A stretch of DNA of 64,000 bases from Amoebophrya sp. A120. Lineage: Eukaryota > Protista > Dinoflagellata. The stretch is from assembly GCA_905178155.1 (NCBI GenBank), contig CAJINV010000021.1:785420-849419 (forward strand), read 5' to 3'. The notes below the pieces were generated by a model. That model was not told the origin of the DNA and searched no databases. It saw nothing but the letters and a program-made list of their open reading frames with translations. Positions within the stretch are counted from its first letter, which is position 1. The number at the start of each line of letters is the position of its first letter. The position numbers were made by a program, and so were the translations under genes. Below are positions 47,961-61,669 of this stretch, piece by piece.

Positions 47961-49679
47961 CTACAGCCAGGGGGTTTTCGGCGTCTCTGGGTGGTAAAGA
48001 ACATTATACCGCGACGTATCGCATCCCAGCATCGGCCCAACCGACTCGTCTCCCTTCGCCGGTTGCACGGCAGCCGCGGGCGGCACTGCGACCAAGCGCT
48101 TGATGTTGTTCCTCGAGCCGCTACTGTTCTCCTGCGAGATATGGGAGTGTCAGGATCGAAATCGTCAGAGTTGAATTTGAAATAATTTGTGATGCATAAA
48201 ACGGATACCAGTTGGCGCCTAGTTTTCCAGTGGCGCATGACAAATTTGGGTAGAACTCAAATCGAGTCTGTAATGCTGTTTTGGTAAGGAAGACGCCTTT
48301 TGTCATGCTACTTTAGCAGCTCAATTTCTACCCCTCGGCAGGCTTACAATCTGCATCCCTTGCGTCCTCTGCAACAGAGGCAGTTTTTGCGTTGCATTTT
48401 ATTCATGGCAAATCATTTCAACTTTGACGATTTCGATCCTGACGCTTCCATACGAGACCGAATCGGATGATTCCACGGACACCCCGTTTTCCGGGTACCA
48501 CAGGAACAGTGGGGACTCGATCGTCTGGATAACTTGATCATCTACATCTTCAGCAGCATGATCTTGCAGTGCCTCTTCTTGACTCTCTACAACTTCGACT
48601 AGCTTCAGATGATGCTCTGTGTCAACTTCGGCTACTCGCTGTCTTTCCCCTGCTCGGAGGTGGGTTGCCGACGATGTAATTGCAGTAGATCCAGCGCCTC
48701 CCAATGGAGCTGCGGGAGGAAAGCTGAATCCAATTCTTTGCGAAAACTTCTGGAACCGCGGATTCCCGCCCGCCGTGCGGTTCCGGACCAAAGCCTCATA
48801 CTCTGCCAAGACATTTTCACCGTCGCTGACCGCAATCTGCTCGTGCTCCTCGTCGTGGTGGGACGTGCGGCGGACAAACTCGAAAGTCGTGGGCTGCTCT
48901 AGCTCTTCCTCCAGTTCCGGGTAATACAGCTTGGAAAAGGTCGGGAAGTGAACCGCGTGGGTGGTTCTTCGCTCCTTGTTCTCGTCATTTTCCACGTTTT
49001 CCAGCACCGAAAAACCCGCGCGGCCGTCCGCCTTTCGCTCCTCTTGTAATAGTGCGAGCAGTTTGATTCTCTCCCGAACGATATCGGATTCCGCCGCGCC
49101 CTCCTGCCTCGCCTGGTTCATCAGCCGCTCGACCATGCTCTCCTGCTGCGCAATGCCCAGCCCGCTCACGTTCAGCTTCGTGACGAACTGCGTCGCCCGT
49201 TGCTGCTCGATCTCGAAGGATGAAGCTGCGCTGGTTCGCGCCATGCTGCTGCGGACCAGCTCCTGCGAGGGCTTCAGGAAAGCATCGTGATCTCCTGAGG
49301 TGGATGAATTCGGATCTTCACTGGGGTTCTCGAGAGTAATGTTGTGCAGCGGTCGGTCTTCGTCATGCACAACTGTTTTGACAGTATGCATCCCGTGTAC
49401 CAGAACACCCTCGTCAACAACACCGAAGTTGTCTCCTTCTTGGCCATTAACACGGTCCTCACTGTTATCGGAAAACCCGATTTCTGCGTGCCCGGACAAG
49501 TCGCGCTGGTCCTTTTTCATCATTTGTGAGGAAAACGAAGAAGATGCTGGCTGTGGTTCTTGTCGTGCAACAGTTGGTAGTACTCCTTTGTCGACCACGT
49601 TCGCGAGAAATCCACGAAGAGCGCAACGGAGAAGTGTTGTGCGACGAAGGCCAAACTGGTGATGGCCGCTAGAAAGCAT
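47961..49679 (-). CDS. Hypothetical protein (2 exons separated by a TIR element; start uncertain)
   Basis: ORF 48399-49679 runs into the element. After removal it continues ...SDSVSQENSSG...KTPWL* to 47961. Confidence 0.6.
48140..48452. mobile_element. Introner/MITE-like element, family E (313 bp), exonic
   Basis: 36-bp TIR TATGGRAGYGTCAGGATCGAAATCGTCARAGTTGAA. DR CGAGA at 48135-48139 and 48453-48457. Confidence 0.92.
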
Positions 49680-49724
49680 GTCGAGGGAGAGGTCTCTGTA
49701 TGATGAAATTGGATTTATTCATTT

Positions 49725-52700
49725 TCAGCTCGTATGAACTCTGGGCCTGGAGAAGAAAACAGAACAACAACCACGAGACATGCGGGTGAAAACTTTCTGT
49801 TTGTATCAAATTGAAAGCAGCAAAACTACAACATCAGCGTGCAATAAGTACTTGTAAACTCGCCTGTGCAGCTCCTTCAGCCGATCGCCCTGCATGGACA
49901 GGCGCGCCTGGTGCACAGAAGATGTTGAACTAATAGTTTCTGCTTTATTCACCGATGTTCTCTTCACCTTATCCGCCAAATGTTGATGGCCCGACGGAAC
50001 AACTGCAACCGCATTCGCCGCGGCAGCAGCGTCCGACTGGGCCACCGTTAAACTCAAATGGTGTTTGTCCAGCATCAACGCGGCCTTTTCCTCCCTCAAG
50101 TTGGCGACTTCCGCTTGCAACTGCAGCACTTTCTTCGCCTTTTTTCCCAGCTCCAGCTCTAAGTGTTCGTTTCGCTGCGATTGCTGTTCCCCGACCTCTT
50201 TGTGGGTGACGGTTGTTTGGTGCAGCTGGCTCCGTAGTCTGGTAATGGTCGACTCCAGCTGCTCGCGGTGTTCGTCCTGATCCTTGTGCAGCTGGTCCAC
50301 TTCTTTCTCGGCGGATTTCACGCGATGCTCCAGGGCCTCAATGTAGCCACTTTTCCTCGCGTGATCCGACTCTTTCTCCTTTTCCAAATGCGCTTTCTCC
50401 AGTTCACAAGTGGCCAGCGCGTCGTCGATATTTCGGTTCAGGACGACGAGCGCCTTTGCCCTCGCGTGCCTCTTCAGCTGCACGTCAGACACCGGATCGA
50501 GCGGTTCGTCGCTCTCGTAGCTTGAGTCATTGCTTTCACCTGCAGGAGCACCAACTCGAGAAGATTTGTTTTTCCCTCCCGCAACTGCTGTCGGAACTGT
50601 CAGTCGCTTCTCGAAGAAATGCACGCGACCACCAAGATGATGCAGTTTTCGAACCTTTTCCTTAACGTGGGCGCTGTTGTGCACGGCATCGGCAAAGGCG
50701 GACTGCAGCGCCTCGATCTCTTGCTCCGCAAAGTTGTGAAGGATCTTTTATTTTTTCAGTTTAGTTTTTGCCAGAGATGAAAACAGCTGCACTTCGATAC
50801 CAAATGATTTTCCTACTCTTTTTTAATACCATACTTTATGTATTTTTGTAAGTACCTGATCATGATGCTTGAGCAAGGTCCTTTCCATCTCTGCCCGCAG
50901 GGCTTTCTTCGCTTCCGCCATTTCTGCCACCATTTTCTTCTTCTCGCGCAGCAGTTCCGTTTCCAGCTGCTTCCGCCAGCCCCCTTCTTTCCCCGCGTGG
51001 TCGTCCACTCTGCGTTGCAAGTCTTTCACCTCGTCGCTACTGACCTCGTGCTTCCGCTTCAGTTGGTCGTTTACCCGTTCCAACTCCCCGAATTTCTGCT
51101 CCACGTCGAATTTGGTTTTCTCCAGCAGCCGGACCTTCCTGCGCAGTTTCGCGACTTCGTCGTCCTTCGTTTTTTCCTCCTCCAGCTGAACCTGCAACTG
51201 TTTCACGGTTTTCTTCAGATCCGCGGTGGAACGCTGGTGGATTTTCGCGGCGGAAAGCAGTTTCGCGATTTCCAGGTCCTTCTCCTGCAATTTGAGTTGC
51301 AAATCGACCTCCTCCTCCTCTTCGATGCCTGGGACTACATCATCTCCAGCTTCTACTTTGACGGAGCCCTCCGCAGCTGGGTTACGCCCTCCCCGGAAGA
51401 AGGAGGTCCCTGTTGAGCCGAAGCTGGTCGATGAGACGGTGGAAATTTGTTTTCTACTGCTGTCTCGCGTCGCCATTACCATGCTGTTCCCGGTTGAACC
51501 AAATGAGGACACACTCGAGGCAGCTCCTTGGGTTCGTCTTGATGATGTCGCAGCTTTGATATTACCGGCTCCGGTTGGATAATTTTTGCCCTGTGTTGTA
51601 CTAGCAGTGGCAGAAGACGAAACAGCTGCTCCTGCACCCGTTGTACTAATTATCCCCGCCTTTTTCAGTTCCTTCTCTAGACCCGTGACCCGATTCGCGT
51701 AGTTTTGTCCTAGGGTTTCCGTGTCCGCGATCAGTCGAGCAATTTCTTCTTGCAGTTTCTCTCGATTTTGCTTCAATCCTTTGATCGTATCCTCCGCCAA
51801 ACCAAGCTCCACGCGGACTCTGATGTTGTGTTTTTGCTATTTTTAGCAAAAATGTGAATGTGGGAATGAACTCAAAGCCATACAACAACAATATTCATTG
51901 AAAAGCACGCTTAATCGCAAACGAACACCACATCAACATAAGCACCTTCTCAAATCTTGATGTTCCGCCACCAGCCTTGTATTTTCCGCCTGCACCGCCG
52001 TGCTCTCGTCGGAGAGCTTGTGGATGCGGTCCAGGACCTTCCCCTGGTCCGCCTGAATCTCCGCAAAGATACGCTGTAATTGGTCCAGCGCCTGCTCTAG
52101 CTCCTCGGTGTGCTCGATGCGGTGCTGCGCTTCCAGCTTCTCCATTCGCTCCTCCTTTAACTTCAAGTCCACTTGGATCGCACGAAAAAACTCTCGCACT
52201 GTAATGCAGAAAATGCTTCGCAGATGAAGCGGTTGTCTTGTTTGTACCAATGCAAGACCACATCAAGTGATTTTTAGACCTGTTTTCCACTAGGATGAAC
52301 CTCGCATGGAACAAACTTATTTTTCTCTCTGTGATGTTCATGTATAACAAACTTGTGACGTCGCGTGACTTCCAAAATCCTATACAGTGAATAGCAGTTT
52401 TTTCGTACTGGATAACTTGATGCAACAATTCGAACAGCTGCCTCGTGCTGGACGTAATGTCGTCCTCCTGCTGTTTCGCGAGCAGTTTGGCGGCCACAAC
52501 CGGGAACGTTTGTGGGGATAAAGGCTTCCCCAACGGGGACGAGGGGGATTTGATTTGTTGTTTGTTTCCAGCACTTGTCGGAGGTGACAACGGCTGGAGC
52601 CCCGTGTTGGCGCGTTGCCGGCTCATGGTCGCGGAAGAGAAGATGCTGCGGGCCAGCTCGAAGTCGTTCAGCGTTTTCTTCACATTGCCCGTGACCTCTG

Positions 52701-53883
52701 CGTCATCGGCCAGTGCCTCGAGCGCCTCTCCAATCGCTCCGTCCGCTAACTCACCGGGCGAAAGAGGACCTCCCGCATTCGGCATGCTTTGGGCAGAGGA
52801 GGCCCCAACATCTCCTCCCTCGTTCTGTTCGCCCCTCGGCGTCAGGAACGCCTGCGTGCTTGCCCGTCTTGCAACCGCTCGGGCGTCCTTGTTCGACTGA
52901 AAACCGATACTGCTAGAGCTACCGACAACGTCGGAAGTCTCCGCCGGAAGGAACAACATCGGGCTGGTGGATCCTTGATGTTCTTCAGCACCAGCTTTAT
53001 TTCCTTTCTTCGTCGCCGACGCGTCCCAGGTCCCGGCGGCCCAGGTGTGCAGCACCTGGTGCGTCTGGTCCAGGGCCTTAAACAGCCTCAAATTCTGTTC
53101 CTGCAACCGCCGCAGTTCCGCGACTTGCTGCGCTTCCTGCTCCACAATCGCGTTCTTTTCCCGCGCAACCGCGTCGTCCCTTTGCTGCAAAACTTCCGCA
53201 TGCGCTTTCCGCAGCGCTTCCAATTCTTTCCTTTCCTCCTCGTGCTTCTTCACCACTGCCGCAGAGTCCGCCAGCTTCTCTTCGCAGTCCAACAATTTTT
53301 CCTCCAATTGCAGCGTTTTTTCCTCCATCTGCAAGAATTTCTCCCCGATACTCCGCTGCAAAAACGCCTGCCACTTTTCCGCCGTATCCGGGATCTTCGC
53401 ACCACCCTCGTCGCCGATAAGAAGTTCAGCCAATTTGCACACGTTCGCGAGCACCACCGGGATCAAATGCGGGTTGTTGTGAAAAACATGCGATGAAGAT
53501 GAACCACTAGCTTCAGTTGTCCCAAGGATGTTGTCCGCGTTCAATTCGCCCGTATGCAGTGCCGAGTCCAGGGCGTTCTTGTAGGTCCGGACAAACACAT
53601 TTTCATGATCCGCAGTCGTGGACGAAGATACTAGTCCTCCTGCATCTTGACTGGACGTTCTACCACTTTTGTTCACGACCAAGCCGCCCGCAGGACCTTG
53701 AGGGCTTGATGCAACAGACGCTGGCGAGCGGGGATTTTTATTCCCGAAACCGGCGTTGGCAGCGCGTGTGGCTTTGTTGGTCATTAACACTTGCTTCGCC
53801 GCTTGGTGCACGTCAATACCACCGGTTTTCAATTTCGCAGCCAACGCGGCTTTCAACTGCTTCTCCCGGTCTGGCGAAGACAT
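49725..53883 (-). CDS. Large coiled-coil protein, multi-exon (exon limits approximate)
   Basis: Consecutive minus-strand ORFs (51895-53883, 51933-52250, 50823-51812, 49806-50684) rich in E/K/L/Q heptads, separated by short AT-rich intron-like segments. Confidence 0.65.
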
Positions 53884-54766
53884 TTTGCTTTGATGCTTGA
53901 TGACGGCTCAGGCTATTGGTGTTCAGGGTTAAAAATAAAAGACCTTGACCTTCAAGATCATGGACATCGACATCCTGTGCTGGCACTAAGTTAAAAATAA
54001 AAAAAACTTCTGGAGCGCCAGCTCGTGTCCCCGCGGCGACGAGCTGCCTTGGTAGTTCCTCTACTAAGTTAGTGCAGTAGCAAAGGTGTAAACAATTGTT
54101 TTTTTTGCCGGCATGATCATTTACCATAAAGACAATCAGAAAAAGTGCACGAGATGTTGAAGAGCGCTGTTTTTAACACCGACATTTCAATCGTGCTATT
54201 GTTTTTCACATGGCTTGACGACCCGCATTGACTACGACCATCGACGATAAAACGGTGTTGACGAAATGGTGGATTATGTTGAAACCGACGGTTAGCGAGA
54301 CGACCACCACATCGACGAAAGCAGAAGCCGCGTCCTCCACCGACGAAAGCAGAAGCCGCGTTCACGACCCAACTACAGAGACCACGATCTTCGCACGACA
54401 TGCGAAGTTGTTGATATTGAAAACCAACACCCGTCATTCAGTATAAAGTTTGAACACTTTGACTTTTCCTTCTGTCTTGTTTGCACCACGGTCGTAGTAC
54501 AATTTCTTGAAACTACTATTTTCGGCTAACTGCTTCGAAATTATTCCCAAATCAAAATCAAATGATCCTGTGTGCGGCTCTACCACTTCTTCGGATCCAC
54601 AAGTACATCCCGCGGGTTGTGCACTTGCACATGGATCATGCGGACATACTTACAGTCACCACCACCACCACCACCAGGGGTTGGAGTTGTATCGTTTTCG
54701 ATGTACGTATTGAATGCTAAGAAGTGAAAGAAGTACTAGTATTGGGGCACCAGGTGCTCGTCGTCC

Positions 54767-55468
54767 TCACCGCCTGCTACTCGCGCCTATTACTGCCTTC
54801 GCGGCTTCTATCGTTCTTGCCACCCGCACTTTGATCTCCTCGGCCATGTTCCCTAGCAGGAACAGTGTCCGCTGGCCCAAGTCCGGGAACGTGCTTTTGA
54901 ACACGCGGTAAAGGCCGTCCTGGGAGAGCTTGCGCATTTTCTCTTGCGCGTCGCGCGACTTCGCGACGACATACTCTTTCGAGTCGGACAGATACTGAGC
55001 GAACGCTGCGCGGGTAGTTTTTTTTGTCGGTGGGTCGGCGAATAGAGCGAAAGAGACGCCGAGGGCGAGAGTGATGGCGAGGACAAACTTGGTGACAAGG
55101 AAAAGCTTCTTATTCTTTCTCACGCATGACGTTGAAGAGGTGACCCTTGGCTGCTTGGAAGGCTTGTTGTTCTTGCTCCGCGTTGAAGATATACTAGCGT
55201 CGGCGCTGCCTCCTCGCCGCGGCGAAGCCGCAGTCTTCACAGTAGGGGGCGGAGTAGTTTGGTTGCTCTCGTTTTTAATCCTTCCGGATGATGGATGGCG
55301 GTGGGCGGTGCTTTGCGACCCGCGCTTGTACCCCTCGTGGGCCGCAGCCTCGCCTTCACGCTTAGGCTTATCGTCAGCGACCCTAGCATCAAGAGCAGCG
55401 GCGTGTCCACCATTCTCGTCCGCCTTTGCTTTTGCACTAAGACAACACAAACATCGCCGGCGAGCCAT
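54767..55468 (-). CDS. Hypothetical single-pass membrane protein (233 aa)
   Basis: ATG-initiated ORF with hydrophobic segment FVLAITLALGVSFALFA, on the array strand. Confidence 0.6.
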   Translation of the reverse strand: MARRRCLCCLSAKAKADENGGHAAALDARVADDKPKREGEAAAHEGYKRGSQSTAHRHPSSGRIKNESNQTTPPPTVKTAASPRRGGSADASISSTRSKNNKPSKQPRVTSSTSCVRKNKKLFLVTKFVLAITLALGVSFALFADPPTKKTTRAAFAQYLSDSKEYVVAKSRDAQEKMRKLSQDGLYRVFKSTFPDLGQRTLFLLGNMAEEIKVRVARTIEAAKAVIGASSRR

Positions 55469-56119
55469 GATGCGATTCTGGGCTTCAAGTGTAAGTGAGT
55501 CACAAAATAAAAAATCAACTCACATTTACAAGGAAAACTAAACAATCACAATGACTCTTCTAAGTACCTCAGCATACACAGCCTACAGGCAGGCAAACTT
55601 GGGTGCACTGACGCAAGGGAAATAAATATGCTTTCCGTTTCCTTCCTGTTCCGTAATGAATTGCAAGATTACAAACACTTCTGGTGGTAGCAACTTTGGC
55701 TATATTCGATTCAACACGGTAAAAATGCTGCGAATTGGCAAACTGAAGCCCGCAGCAACAGGGCTTTATTGACATCCCAACCGGCGCAGAAGAACGAATA
55801 CGAAGCGTCAACTTAGAAACAGCACGGAGCTAGTTGTTAAACGACATTCCGAGCACGAGGACGTTCGTGATAGCAACAAAGCGTCAACTGGCGCTTGTAA
55901 GTACGACTACGAGCAACAGTTGGAGGCAACACAACTACGAAAGCTAAGGCCAACACGGAAGCTGCTGATACGAACGATGGCGTAGACGATGTCATCAACA
56001 ACAACACCGACAGGAAGATGACCAAGCGACAAGATTAAGATACAAAAGGAAACCAAACCTAGCGCAACCGGGCAGCGGAGTAGGCGACCCGCCCTTCATT
56101 CGTGCCCACACTTGGGCCC

Positions 56120-56735
56120 ACGACCTCTGGGCCAACAGGTCTTGTCCGGTTTTTGCCAAAAATCGGACAAACGACCTGACGGCCCACCTTTCGTGGCCAA
56201 TTTTGGGCTTTTGCGGTCCCGCGGCCTCTGGGCCAGCAGGTCTTGTCCGGTTTTTGCAACAAATCGGACAAAGGACCTGACGGCCCACCTTTCGTGGCCA
56301 ATTTTGGGCTTTTGCGGTCCCGCGGCACCCGGGCCAACAGGGCTTGTCCGGTTTTTGCCAAAAATCGGCCAAAGGACCTGACGGCCCACCTTTCGTAGCC
56401 AATTTTGGGCTTTTGCGGTCCCGCGGCCGGCCGCTGGGCCAGCAGGTCTTGTCCGGTTTTTGCAAAAAATCGGACAAAGGAACTGACGGCCCACCTTTCG
56501 TGGCCAATTTTGGGCTTTTGCGGTCCCGCGGCAACCGGTCCAACAGGTCTTGTCCGCTTTTTGCAAAAAATCGGACAAAGGACCTGACGGCCTACCTTTC
56601 GTGGCCAATTTTGGGCTTTTGCGGTCCCGCGGCCTCTGGGCCAGCAGGGCTTGCCCGGTTTTTGCCAAAAATCGGCCAAAGGACCTGACGGCCCACCTTT
56701 CGTAGCCAATTTTGGGCTTTTGCGGTCCTGCGGCC
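56120..56735. repeat. Satellite 1, ~101-105-bp unit, 6 copies
   Basis: GGCCARCAGG recurs near 56129, 56231, 56332, 56437, 56538 and 56639. Internal dyad TTGTCCG.TTTTTG..AAAAATCGGACAA. Confidence 0.95.
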
Positions 56736-57775
56736 TCGCACGCAAAAAAAGGCCGCTTTCTGCTCAGGCTGATGGGCCATAGCGTGCAGAAATCCGCTTT
56801 TTCCCGAAAAGCGGATCGGCCCCTTCTGCAGCTCGAGGCCCGCCCGCGGCCTCGCACGCAAAAAAAGGCCGCTTTCTGCCCAGGTTGATGGGCCATAGCG
56901 TGCAGAAATCCGCTTTTTCTGGAAAAGCGGATCGGACCCCTTCTGCAGCTCGAGGCCCGCCCGCGGCCCCCCACGCAAAAAAAGGCCGTTTTCTGGCCAG
57001 GTTGATGGGCCATAGCGTGCAGAAATCCGCTTTTTCCCGAAAAGCGGATCGGACCCCTTCTGCAGCTCGGGGTCCGCCCGCGGCCTCGCACACAAAAAAA
57101 GGCCGTTTTCTGCTCAGGTTGATGGGCCATAGCGTGCAGAAATCCGCTTTTTCCCGAAAAGCGGATCGACCCCTTCTGCAGCTTGAGACCCGCCCCCCCG
57201 CCCGCGGCCTCGCACACAAAAAAAGGCCGTTTTCTGCTCTGGTTGGCGGGCCATAGCGTGGAGAAATCCGCTTTTCCCCGAAAAGCGGATCGAGCCCTTC
57301 TGCAGCTCGAGGCCCGCCCGCGGCCTCGCACACAAAAAAAGGCCGTTTTCTGCTCAGGTTGATGGGCCATACCGTGCAGAAATCCGCTTTTTCCCGAAAA
57401 GCGGATTGGCCCCTTCTGCAGCTCGAGGCCCGCCCGCGGCCTCGCACACAAAAAAAGGCCGTTTTCTGCTCAGGTTGATGGGCCATAGCGTGCAGAAATC
57501 CGCTTTTCCCCGAAAAGCGGATCGACCCCTTCTGCAGCTCGAGGCCCGCCCGCCGCCTCCCACGCAAAAAAAGACCGTTTTCTGGTCTGGTTGATGGGCC
57601 ATAGCATGCAGAAATCCGCTTTTTCCCGAAAAGCGGATCGGCCCCTTCTGCAGCTCGAGGCCCGCCCGCGGCCTCGCACACAAAAAAAGGCCGTTTTCTG
57701 CTGAGGTTGATGGACCATAGCGTGCAGAAATCCGCTTTTCCCCGAAAAGCGGATCGACCCCTTCTGCAGCTCTTG
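56731..57775. repeat. Satellite 2, ~116-bp unit, 9 copies
   Basis: GATGGGCCAT recurs from 56771 to 57709. Dyad ATCCGCTTTT-N5-AAAAGCGGAT. Confidence 0.95.
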
Positions 57776-57777
57776 GG

Positions 57778-60700
57778 ACGCTGAGCCCAAGTTTGGCGAA
57801 GCCATGGCCACCATACCGTCGGGCGACCCTCGATTTCGCGATTTGAGGATCGCCCGGTCTGCCGGCCTTTTGCTCGGCGGCCGCTGAGCCCAATTTTGAG
57901 GAAGCCCCAACCACCGTACCGTCGGGCGACCCTCGATTTCGCGATTTGAGGATCGCCCGCCCCTTCTGGCTGCTTTTTGCTCGGTGGCCGCTGAGCCCAA
58001 TTTTGGCAAAGCCAAGGCCACCGTACCGTCGGGCGACCCTCGATTTCGCGATTTGAGGATCGCCGCATTGGCGGCCTTTTGCTCAGCGGCCGCTGAGCTT
58101 AATTTTTCCGAAGCCAACACCACCATACCATCTGGCGATCCTCGATTTCGCGATTTGAGGATCGCCCCTTCTGGCGGCCTTTTGCTCAGCGGCCGCTGAG
58201 CCCAATTTTGGCGAAGCCCCAACCACCATACCATCGGGCGATCCTCGATTTCGCGATTTGAGGATCGCCCCTTCTGGCTACTTTTTGCTCGGTGACCACC
58301 GAGCCCAATTTTGGCGAAGCCAAGGTCGCCATAGCGTGGGGCGATCCTCGATTTCGCGATTTGAGGATCGCCCCGCTGGCGGCCGTTTGCTCAGCGGCCG
58401 CTGAGATTAATTTTTGCGAAGCCAACACCACCATACCGCCGGGCGATCCTCGATTTCGCGATTTGAGGATCGCCCCTTCTGGCTGCTTTTTGCTCGGTGG
58501 CCACTGAGCCCAATTTTGGCGAAGCCAAGGCCACGATACCATCGGGCGACCCTCGATTTCGCGATTTGAGGATCGCCCCTTCTGGCTGCTTTTTGCTTGG
58601 TGGCCACGGAGCCCAATTTTGGCGAAGCCCCAACCACCATACCGTCGGGCGACCCTCGATTTCGCGATTTGTGGATCGCCCCTTCTAGATGCTTTTTGCT
58701 CGGTGGCCACTGAGCCCAATTTTGGCGAAGCCAAGGCCACCATACCATCGGGCGACCCTCGATTTCGCGATTTGAGGATCGCCCCTTCTGGCTGCTTTTT
58801 GCTCGGTGGCCACGGAGCCCAATTTTGGCGAAGCCCCAACCACCATACCGTCGGGCGACCCTCGATTTCGCGATTTGAGGATCGCCCCTTCTAGATGCTT
58901 TTTGCTCGGTGGCCACTGAGCCCAATTTTGGCGAAGCCAAGGCCACCATACCATCGGGCGACCCTCGATTTCGCGATTTGAGGATCGCCCCTTCTGGCTG
59001 CTTTTTGCTCGGTGGCCACGGAGCCCAATTTTGGCGAAGCCCCAACCACCATACCGTCGGGCGACCCTCGATTTCGCGATTTGAGGATCGCCCCTTCTAG
59101 ATGCTTTTTGCTCGGTGGCCACTGAGCCCAATTTTGGCGAAGCCAAGGCCACCATACCATCGGGCGACCCTCGATTTCGCGATTTGAGGATCGCCCCTTC
59201 TGGCTGCTTTTTGCTCGGTGGCCACGGAGCCCAATTTTGGCGAAGCCCCAACCACCATACCGTCGGGCGACCCTCGATTTCGCGATTTGAGGATCGCCCC
59301 TTCTAGATGCTTTTTGCTCGGTGGCCACTGAGCCCAATTTTGGCGAAGCCAAGGCCACCATACCATCGGGCGACCCTCGATTTCGCGATTTGAGGATCGC
59401 CCCTTCTGGCTGCTTTTTGCTCGGTGGCCACGGAGCCCAATTTTGGCGAAGCCCCAACCACCATACCGTCGGGCGACCCTCGATTTCGCGATTTGAGGAT
59501 CGCCCCTTCTAGATGCTTTTTGCTCGGTGGCCACTGAGCCCAATTTTGGCGAAGCCAAGGCCACCATACCATCGGGCGACCCTCGATTTCGCGATTTGAG
59601 GATCGCCCCTTCTGGCTGCTTTTTGCTCGGTGGCCACGGAGCCCAATTTTGGCGAAGCCCCAACCACCATACCGTCGGGCGACCCTCGATTTCGCGATTT
59701 GAGGATCGCCCCTTCTAGATGCTTTTTGCTCGGTGGCCACTGAGCCCAATTTTGGCGAAGCCAAGGCCACCATACCATCGGGCGACCCTCGATTTCGCGA
59801 TTTGAGGATCGCCCCTTCTGGCTGCTTTTTGCTCGGTGGCCACGGAGCCCAATTTTGGCGAAGCCCCAACCACCATACCGTCGGGCGACCCTCGATTTCG
59901 CGATTTGAGGATCGCCCCTTCTAGATGCTTTTTGCTCGGTGGCCACTGAGCCCAATTTTGGCGAAGCCAAGGCCACCATACCATCGGGCGACCCTCGATT
60001 TCGCGATTTGAGGATCGCCCCTTCTGGCTGCTTTTTGCTCGGTGGCCACGGAGCCCAATTTTGGCGAAGCCCCAACCACCATACCGTCGGGCGACCCTCG
60101 ATTTCGCGATTTGAGGATCGCCCCTTCTAGATGCTTTTTGCTCGGTGGCCACTGAGCCCAATTTTGGCGAAGCCAAGGCCACCATACCATCGGGCGACCC
60201 TCGATTTCGCGATTTGAGGATCGCCCCTTCTGGCTGCTTTTTGCTCGGTGGCCACGGAGCCCAATTTTGGCGAAGCCCCAACCACCATACCGTCGGGCGA
60301 CCCTCGATTTCGCGATTTGAGGATCGCCCCTTCTAGATGCTTTTTGCTCGGTGGCCACTGAGCCCAATTTTGGCGAAGCCAAGGCCACCATACCATCGGG
60401 CGACCCTCGATTTCGCGATTTGAGGATCGCCCCTTCTGGCTGCTTTTTGCTCGGTGGCCACGGAGCCCAATTTTGGCGAAGCCCCAACCACCATACCGTC
60501 GGGCGACCCTCGATTTCGCGATTTGAGGATCGCCCCTTCTAGATGCTTTTTGCTCGGTGGCCACTGAGCCCAATTTTGGCGAAGCCAAGGCCACCATACC
60601 ATCGGGCGACCCTCGATTTCGCGATTTGAGGATCGCCCCTTCTGGCTGCTTTTTGCTCGGTGGCCACGGAGCCCAATTTTGGCGAAGCCCCAACCACCAT

Positions 60701-61667
60701 ACCGTCGGGCGACCCTCGATTTCGCGATTTGAGGATCGCCCCTTCTAGATGCTTTTTGCTCGGTGGCCACTGAGCCCAATTTTGGCGAAGCCAAGGCCAC
60801 CATACCATCGGGCGACCCTCGATTTCGCGATTTGAGGATCGCCCCTTCTGGCTGCTTTTTGCTCGGTGGCCACGGAGCCCAATTTTGGCGAAGCCCCAAC
60901 CACCATACCGTCGGGCGACCCTCGATTTCGCGATTTGAGGATCGCCCCTTCTAGATGCTTTTTGCTCGGTGGCCACTGAGCCCAATTTTGGCGAAGCCAA
61001 GGCCACCATACCATCGGGCGACCCTCGATTTCGCGATTTGAGGATCGCCCCTTCTGGCTGCTTTTTGCTCGGTGGCCACGGAGCCCAATTTTGGCGAAGC
61101 CCCAACCACCATACCGTCGGGCGACCCTCGATTTCGCGATTTGAGGATCGCCCCTTCTAGATGCTTTTTGCTCGGTGGCCACTGAGCCCAATTTTGGCGA
61201 AGCCAAGGCCACCATACCATCGGGCGACCCTCGATTTCGCGATTTGAGGATCGCCCCTTCTGGCTGCTTTTTGCTCGGTGGCCACGGAGCCCAATTTTGG
61301 CGAAGCCCCAACCACCATACCGTCGGGCGACCCTCGATTTCGCGATTTGAGGATCGCCCCTTCTAGATGCTTTTTGCTCGGTGGCCACTGAGCCCAATTT
61401 TGGCGAAGCCAAGGCCACCATACCATCGGGCGACCCTCGATTTTGCGATTTGAGGATCGCCCCTTCTGGCTGCTTTTTGCTCGGTGGCCACGGAGCCCAA
61501 TTTTGGCGAAGCCCCAACCACCATACCATCGGGCGACCCTCGATTTCGCGATTTGAGGATCGCCCTTTCTGGCTGCTTTTTGCTCGGTGGCCACTGAGCC
61601 CAATTTTGGCGAAGCCAAGACCACCATACCATCGGGCGATCCTCGATTTCGCGATTTGAGGATCGCT
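57778..61667. repeat. Satellite 3, 103-bp monomer with 206-bp higher-order dimer (~38 monomers)
   Basis: Identical ORFs recur every 206 bp from ~58.7 to 61.4 kb; monomers at the edges are more diverged. Confidence 0.97.
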
Positions 61668-61669
61668 CT

